Virus record (IMG/VR): IMGVR_UViG_3300027659_000027
Location: 12,025 to 76,024 of that record
Source of the DNA: a virus
Reading direction: 5' to 3' (one strand)
Length of the DNA stretch: 64,000 bases
Shown: one piece after another, positions 58,865 to 64,000 of the stretch
Layout: every line of letters starts with the position of its first letter
How positions within the stretch are numbered: the first letter of the stretch is position 1
Position numbers and translations under genes: made by a program
The notes under the pieces: generated by a model
Database searches by the model: none
Seen by the model: only the letters and a program-made list of their open reading frames with translations
Told to the model about the DNA's origin: nothing

Positions 58865-59217
58865 TGAAAAGTAGCGCGTGTGTTGTGAGGGTGGGATCAC
58901 CTCCTGGAGACGCCGCTACCTAAGTAATGCGTTGGAAGTACCCGTACCACTTTGGTGTCGGGCTTGCTTTCCCAGCGTAGAAGAGTGCTCTGAGAATTCT
59001 CTCACCACGCTTCGCACTCCTCGTGCACGCTGTCCACAGCACACCACGTCTTGCTCCATCGCTTCCACGTCATCGAACGTGAGCACCTGAGCACAGCACG
59101 TCGTGTCGGACACCTTGTACATCAGGAGGAGTGTGACTTCATTCCTTAACCGGCTGCTATCCCTTGTCAGGGCGTGCAGCCACAAACCAAGAGTGGTGAC
59201 TATATCACCGACGTCGT

Positions 59218-59808
59218 ATGAACACAGCGAAGAACACAGGAAGGAGTATTAAAGGCGCAACTACACCAAGAGAGGTGTACAATGCCTTGATGTCGCAGAT
59301 TACCACCAAGGACGCTATCGTTCAGTTTGGTGAGTATGCTGACGGCATCAAAATCATGCAGGTTGGCAATGAGTTCGTTCGTGAGAACAACTCTGTGCGC
59401 CAATGCCGCACGAACAAGTTCTTACCAACAGCTGCTGACGCCTTGAAAGGTTTCGGTGCAAAGGTATTGAGCTTATCTCTTGAGCAGGCCAAAGCTCAAG
59501 CATACAGCATCCGTGACGCACATTGCGTGAACGTGAGCGTGTGGGATGACACCATTGGCAAGAGCCAACTGCTGAAGGGAAGACCTTTCAACGGCAGGGT
59601 TGCTGACGCTCCAACGGAGTTCACAACCAAGGACGGCGTTGTTGGCAGCGAAACCCGTTTCAATGACGTGGTGTTGGAAGAGATTGCTTACAAGACCAGC
59701 ACAGCAAGTGGTGTTGACCTTTGCCTGCCTGATATGGACGCCAATGAGGCTGAGGCTGCTGCTGCATTGCTGAAAGGCGCTGCAACAAGCATCAACGCTG
59801 TTATCTAA
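59218..59808 (+). CDS. Hypothetical protein, first early gene
   Basis: 196 aa with strongly biased codons (GCT, GAC, AAG), suggesting high expression. Confidence 0.8.
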   Translation: MNTAKNTGRSIKGATTPREVYNALMSQITTKDAIVQFGEYADGIKIMQVGNEFVRENNSVRQCRTNKFLPTAADALKGFGAKVLSLSLEQAKAQAYSIRDAHCVNVSVWDDTIGKSQLLKGRPFNGRVADAPTEFTTKDGVVGSETRFNDVVLEEIAYKTSTASGVDLCLPDMDANEAEAAAALLKGAATSINAVI

Positions 59809-59964
59809 GACTTGTCAGCCTTCGGGCTCTTGAAGTACAAGTCGACTTCACAAGATGCCTGACGGCAGACCATCACACTTCGGTGCGGCGACAAAAACGC
59901 CCGAAGTCCCTGTTGCTCCCCCGTTGGGCATCTTTTATTATTCAGCTTGCTAAAACCCACTCAC

Positions 59965-60216
59965 ATGGAAAAAGCATTTCTTGTCACCTTCGGTGGCTCA
60001 ACATTCGTGCTCGCAACTATACTTGTTGCCAGCACACCCGCTGACTTCGGCACAGCCGCTGCTCAGGTTATGGTCGGGCTGCTGCTCATGGCGTGGGCAC
60101 TCAGCCTTGTCGGCATGCTCTGCTCGACCGACGGGGCGACCGTGCACTCGACCGACAGTATACGCTCACGCACAAGTTGGGAGGCGGAGACCGGCGACTA
60201 CGACCACCACGACTGA
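59965..60216 (+). CDS. Small two-TM membrane protein
   Basis: Two hydrophobic helices; start at the AAACCCACTCAC-ATG leader. Confidence 0.6.
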   Translation: MEKAFLVTFGGSTFVLATILVASTPADFGTAAAQVMVGLLLMAWALSLVGMLCSTDGATVHSTDSIRSRTSWEAETGDYDHHD

Positions 60217-60518
60217 CCTAAGCGTCGGTACATGGAGGATGCTCACGCATCTTCCTGCGAGGAGGTGACTCGGTAGCCAATACGGCTGCGCCCACTGAGA
60301 GGTAGCCAGCACGAGTTAGCCAGCTATACGAGAGCAACGTGTGCGAGGACGGCGCGGGGCGCCTGCACCACCTCCGCCTCAAACCACTCTCTCAGCATGG
60401 TCATTCTACCACCCAACCCACACACTTACAGCACTATACAGTTCCCAACTCCTCACGGACGTAGCCATCACCACGCATGACATGTCCACAGGATACCGAT
60501 AACGCACATAATCGTGGC

Positions 60519-60526
60519 TACATTCG
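60519..60526 (+). promoter_or_regulatory. Putative -7 element (TACATTCG) flanked by 13-bp direct repeats
   Basis: TAnnTTCG between CCGATAACGCACA copies at 60496-60508 and 60530-60542. Confidence 0.5.
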
Positions 60527-60639
60527 CCGCCGATAACGCACAACTCATTCATTAACCCGGTTAAAGCCCACATTGTAGCACAACACCACTCACACTGGCT
60601 CGCTATACCTGTACAGCTTCTGCCACAAACTCTACAACT

Positions 60640-61077
60640 ATGGACAAGAGCATGGACAACATGGAATACCTATTCATGGTACACACATGGGGAGGGTTCT
60701 ACAACGAAGAGCACCGCAAGATACATGGGGCACAGCCTGGCAACCACTACTTCAGCACTGCTGATGACCGTGACTCCTATGTGCTAAGCCTGAGGGCAAT
60801 AGAGGACAGGCTCAACGCTCGTGTACTCGTGGTATCACTCAGTGAGGGCTACAACTGTCGTACTCATACCACTCTTCACAGAGTAAGTGAGCTTAGAGGC
60901 AAGAGGGTATACAGCACCGATGACATGGGCGCTAACTACCCTTATGGAGCTGCATCATACCACATGGAGAACAAGTGGTATCTCGGGTTCAACGACTACC
61001 CGTTCGGTGAGGACATCAACTACACCAAGGTCAAGGTGATACAAGAGTGGATCACTGGCGCATTCGTACCTGAATAA
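60640..61077 (+). CDS. Hypothetical early protein
   Basis: 145-aa ORF with an A/C-rich leader. Confidence 0.75.
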   Translation: MDKSMDNMEYLFMVHTWGGFYNEEHRKIHGAQPGNHYFSTADDRDSYVLSLRAIEDRLNARVLVVSLSEGYNCRTHTTLHRVSELRGKRVYSTDDMGANYPYGAASYHMENKWYLGFNDYPFGEDINYTKVKVIQEWITGAFVPE

Positions 61078-61168
61078 CATTAACTAATCATCGAACTATG
61101 CCTGGCCAGTCCCTGATGAGGGATAAGGAGACATCCCTGGCCGGGGCATAGCTCACAAACTCACAGAC

Positions 61169-61369
61169 ATGAGCTACAACATTGGCGTATGTAAAGAATG
61201 CAACTACAAGTATCAGCCTCACGCAAACATGGATACATGCCCAATGTGTGAAGCTCCTTATGACCCACAATGGGCTGAGACTTGGGTAGATGAGCCTGAA
61301 AAGCCAATGACCAAGCGTGAGGAACGTAAACTGGCAGAGTGGCTTCATGAGCAATTACAATTCGATTAA
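61169..61369 (+). CDS. Small zinc-ribbon protein
   Basis: CKEC...CPMC. Confidence 0.7.
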   Translation: MSYNIGVCKECNYKYQPHANMDTCPMCEAPYDPQWAETWVDEPEKPMTKREERKLAEWLHEQLQFD

Positions 61370-61400
61370 CTAACCGGCTAACGCCACAAAGCTCTTTGAC

Positions 61401-61625
61401 ATGAATCAACCAATAACCGCAATAGCGGTGACCTATGCCCCAAGGGCTGAGAATCGCGAGATAGCAGCACTCATCAACAACCCGCAACTGCTGGGTACAC
61501 AACGGTATCGCTTGATTGTCAGCAATGCAGGCAACGTAAAGCTTAGCATCATACACCACAGGCGTAAGTGCTGGTACACCAGACATTACCATGTGGAAGT
61601 ATCCAACGGCATCATGCTTATCTAA
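61401..61625 (+). CDS. Hypothetical early protein
   Basis: 74-aa ORF that fits the gene tiling. Confidence 0.55.
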   Translation: MNQPITAIAVTYAPRAENREIAALINNPQLLGTQRYRLIVSNAGNVKLSIIHHRRKCWYTRHYHVEVSNGIMLI

Positions 61626-61635
61626 ACTTACTCAC

Positions 61636-62133
61636 ATGAACAAACCAGCAAAATGGCCTCACGCAATGAGACCGGGAACAGACGTGGATGCGATAGCAGA
61701 TCTGGTAAGGAAAATCAGAGAGCACTCGCATCCTTCACAGGCTCAAGCCACAACACAACAAACTATGGCAACAATCAAATGCCCGAACTGCTTCAAGCAC
61801 GCATTAACCGTCACAGGTAGCCAAGGCAAATGTCCAGGCTGCAACACTGAGTTCACATTCTTCCCACCACATACGGTGAGGTTCAAAGAAGTACCTGAGC
61901 CGGTTGAAGGCCACGAGCAATTACCACATGGTAATGAGCACTGGAACGAGCCGGTTGTAGACCTAACAACTCCGGAAGTACGCAAACGTAGCTACGAAGC
62001 AGCGATACTGGAGATGTACAGTGTATTCGTATCAAAGTACCCACAGGACAAGGAGATGCTGCAAAGCATATTCAACGTCACCACTCAACGACGTGGTACA
62101 ACCTGTAACAACACACAGGAGCAAGGCTGTTAA
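61636..62133 (+). CDS. Zinc-ribbon-containing hypothetical protein
   Basis: CPNC...CPGC. Start at ACTCAC-ATG 61636, with an alternative at ATG 61765. Confidence 0.6.
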   Translation: MNKPAKWPHAMRPGTDVDAIADLVRKIREHSHPSQAQATTQQTMATIKCPNCFKHALTVTGSQGKCPGCNTEFTFFPPHTVRFKEVPEPVEGHEQLPHGNEHWNEPVVDLTTPEVRKRSYEAAILEMYSVFVSKYPQDKEMLQSIFNVTTQRRGTTCNNTQEQGC

Positions 62134-62158
62134 TTACAACACCATTAAACCCACTCAC

Positions 62159-62332
62159 ATGCAAGCACTAATTAACGGCCGTGTACAAACGGTAAACGTA
62201 ATAACCACAACCGGAGACCTGGTGAAGGTGAAGGATGACAGAGGTAATGTACACACCATCTCCCACAAGGAGAACGCTGTGTTCAACCAAAGCATCCGCA
62301 CTGAAGCACTGGGTAAGAACCGGTTAAACTAA
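62159..62332 (+). CDS. Small SH3-like hypothetical protein
   Basis: MQALINGRVQTVNV...; AAACCCACTCAC-ATG leader identical to the one at 59965. Confidence 0.65.
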   Translation: MQALINGRVQTVNVITTTGDLVKVKDDRGNVHTISHKENAVFNQSIRTEALGKNRLN

Positions 62333-62468
62333 TCAACGCACAACCGCTTAAACTAATTGGTACGCCCAAATATAGGCTTGCAGCTCCGTCTTCGGGCACA
62401 TGAGCGTCGCTCCTTGAGTAAGCGTACCGATCTTATTCCCTACGGGGATCATCACAAATCGCATATAT

Positions 62469-62603
62469 ATGAAAGCATCTGTAAATTCATGGCTATCACT
62501 ACTCGCAATGATACTGATAGCCACAATCATCCTGTTCTCATCTTGCGCTACCAGCGGCTACGGCTGTAAAGGTAACAGCAGGATAATGACCAGGGTAAGG
62601 TAA
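62469..62603 (+). CDS. Small lipoprotein (44 aa; absent from the ORF track)
   Basis: MKASVNSWLSLLAMILIATIILFSS|CATSGYGCKGNSRIMTRVR*, with a hydrophobic core and lipobox. Confidence 0.7.
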   Translation: MKASVNSWLSLLAMILIATIILFSSCATSGYGCKGNSRIMTRVR

Positions 62604-62668
62604 AATCAAGTGCGGAGATTAGTGTCCCTATTCTCCGCATATCTATCACACAACTAAATAATTCAACA

Positions 62669-63064
62669 ATGAAAAAGTATCTATTATTACTAATCTTGAC
62701 CGTTGCAACCACAGTGTTGTATGGTCAGACAACTTATTACACAACTCGCGTGAGTACAGCAATCCTAAATAAGAAAACAAACACCTGGAAATGGTCTCCC
62801 AAAAAAGAAGTCGAGATAAAGATCACCATTGCAGATGACGATATTTACTTTGATAACGAAGCACAAACTCATGTTCATTTAACAAGTGACATGGCTACGT
62901 TAACAATTAAAGGTGGTACTCAATACAAATGGTTCGGAATTGACGAGGAAAAAATCCGGTGCTCATTTTCGATTGTATCATGGGACGATGGATCTCCAGT
63001 ACAATATTATCTATCGTACGCTGATATTAAAGCGTGTTACACTATGGCACCTCCTATTGAATAA
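62669..63064 (+). CDS. Exported hypothetical protein (Sec signal peptide)
   Basis: MKKYLLLLILTVATTVLYG|QTT; A/T-richer than its neighbours. Confidence 0.75.
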   Translation: MKKYLLLLILTVATTVLYGQTTYYTTRVSTAILNKKTNTWKWSPKKEVEIKITIADDDIYFDNEAQTHVHLTSDMATLTIKGGTQYKWFGIDEEKIRCSFSIVSWDDGSPVQYYLSYADIKACYTMAPPIE

Positions 63065-63074
63065 ATAAACAAAT

Positions 63075-63154
63075 AGTCAGGTGGCGGAATTGGGTCAAGC
63101 TATGGTACTTCTTAGCAATACTTAAGCATACAGGTTCGAATCCTGTCCTGACTA
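63075..63154 (+). pseudogene. Degenerate tRNA-like element
   Basis: Acceptor stem AGTCAGG/CCTGACT, D-arm start TGGCGGAATTGG and perfect T-arm ACAGG-TTCGAAT-CCTGT. No canonical anticodon arm and no encoded CCA. Confidence 0.65.
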
Positions 63155-63560
63155 CTTTTGTAAGGTTATAAGCTTACAAATTGATATAAGAAGTAAAGGT
63201 ATGGACTGACGCTAACGGTACACTGCTTGGCAATGGCAGGGCCAGAAGTTTTGTCCCGAATATAGGAAGAATTTGGGACGGGAAGGGCGGGGGTTCTCCG
63301 TCAGGCATGGCCGATAACGTATGAGTATTGGCGTAGTGCTATCACAAATTAAGGTGGAAGAAGTCAAGCGACATTGGCGGTAACTTACCGTAAGCCGATT
63401 AGAGATATTAATCGGCTCACATAAACAACATTTATGTGTGAGTGAGCACCGGAGGAGTAATCCCGAGGTGTACTCACACTCATTTACTTAAACACCACTC
63501 ATCAAATAGATTTGTGTCATACTATAAACTCTTCTACATTTACATCATCAAACGATTTAG

Positions 63561-63809
63561 ATGTACAAGACAAAAGACAATATGGTCACCCTATTGGCGA
63601 AACTCCTGCCTAAGGATTTGCTCATCGTACACCTCGAGGAAGCCCTCGACTTATACAAAGAACTACCCATCGACATCAACTTCCAGAAGGTAGCCATGTG
63701 TGCTACACTGGTAGCCATGAAGGAAACCGCAGACGGAGAGCAGGTACACGAACTGCTGGAGCAGCTTGCTTCAGACACCATTCCATTCTTTACAGCGAGC
63801 GCCAACTAA
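63561..63809 (+). CDS. Hypothetical early protein
   Basis: 82-aa helical ORF, with an alternative start at 63582. Confidence 0.65.
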   Translation: MYKTKDNMVTLLAKLLPKDLLIVHLEEALDLYKELPIDINFQKVAMCATLVAMKETADGEQVHELLEQLASDTIPFFTASAN

Positions 63810-63927
63810 CGCTCACGAACATACTCAGTACCCGGTAACGGGACTGTCTCAACGCAGCACTCACTATTGGGTGCTGTTGTCGTTACCACACTTCTTAACA
63901 GGGTGAACTATCGTACACGCAGCCGTG

Positions 63928-63935
63928 TACTTTTG
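63928..63935 (+). promoter_or_regulatory. Putative -7 element (TACTTTTG)
   Basis: TAnnTTTG preceded by CCGTG and overlapping the 3' arm of a GTACACG/CGTGTAC hairpin; intergenic. Confidence 0.5.
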
Positions 63936-64000
63936 CATCCCACAAACACAAACACATGCAACACGCAACTCTTTATAAGCGCAGTAAAACTGGCGCAATA

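Noticed and set aside
61113-61140. Hammerhead ribozyme (CTGATGAG core)
   Set aside because: No GAAA follows stem II and no stem III or cleavage triplet is present.
63153-63160. TACTTTTG as a host promoter
   Set aside because: It overlaps the 3' end and T-rich tail of the tRNA-like element, and no clear CDS follows, so it may be coincidental.
1-64000. Stop-codon reassignment, known in some crAss-like phages
   Set aside because: All core genes, including the 4221-aa RNAP, are intact under code 11. TAA, TGA (e.g. 2230-2232) and TAG (TerL) all end genes at sensible positions, and no suppressor tRNA is visible.

Overview
About 64 kb of a crAss-like (Crassvirales-type) podophage genome infecting a Bacteroidota host, in the standard genetic code. 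The left end (+ strand, 1-3633) is the tail of a replication/middle block: rIIA C-terminus, rIIB, PD-(D/E)XK resolvase and 5'-3' exonuclease, ending at a bidirectional terminator. The - strand from 58.5 kb down to 3.7 kb is the late block: RepL-like wHTH, HU/IHF, GNAT, TerL, portal, scaffold, major capsid, ring and auxiliary capsid proteins, a muzzle split into two ORFs, cargo proteins, a 4221-aa virion RNA polymerase, tail and fibre genes, lysis genes and a metallophosphoesterase. After a repeat-rich divergent switch region (58.5-59.2 kb), small + strand early genes alternate with structured non-coding spacers and a degenerate tRNA-like element. The most unusual feature is an A/T-richer three-gene cassette (8.07-14.58 kb) in the tail-fibre position, in which the 1791-aa fibre-like protein and both downstream partners carry Bacteroidota-type Sec signal peptides ending before Gln. 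Other points of interest are RepL next to iteron-like and G-quadruplex-capable repeats, the split muzzle, an HU-GNAT coupled pair, recurring late intergenic motifs and apparent GTAC enrichment. All product calls come from motif recognition and synteny by eye; no database searches were run.
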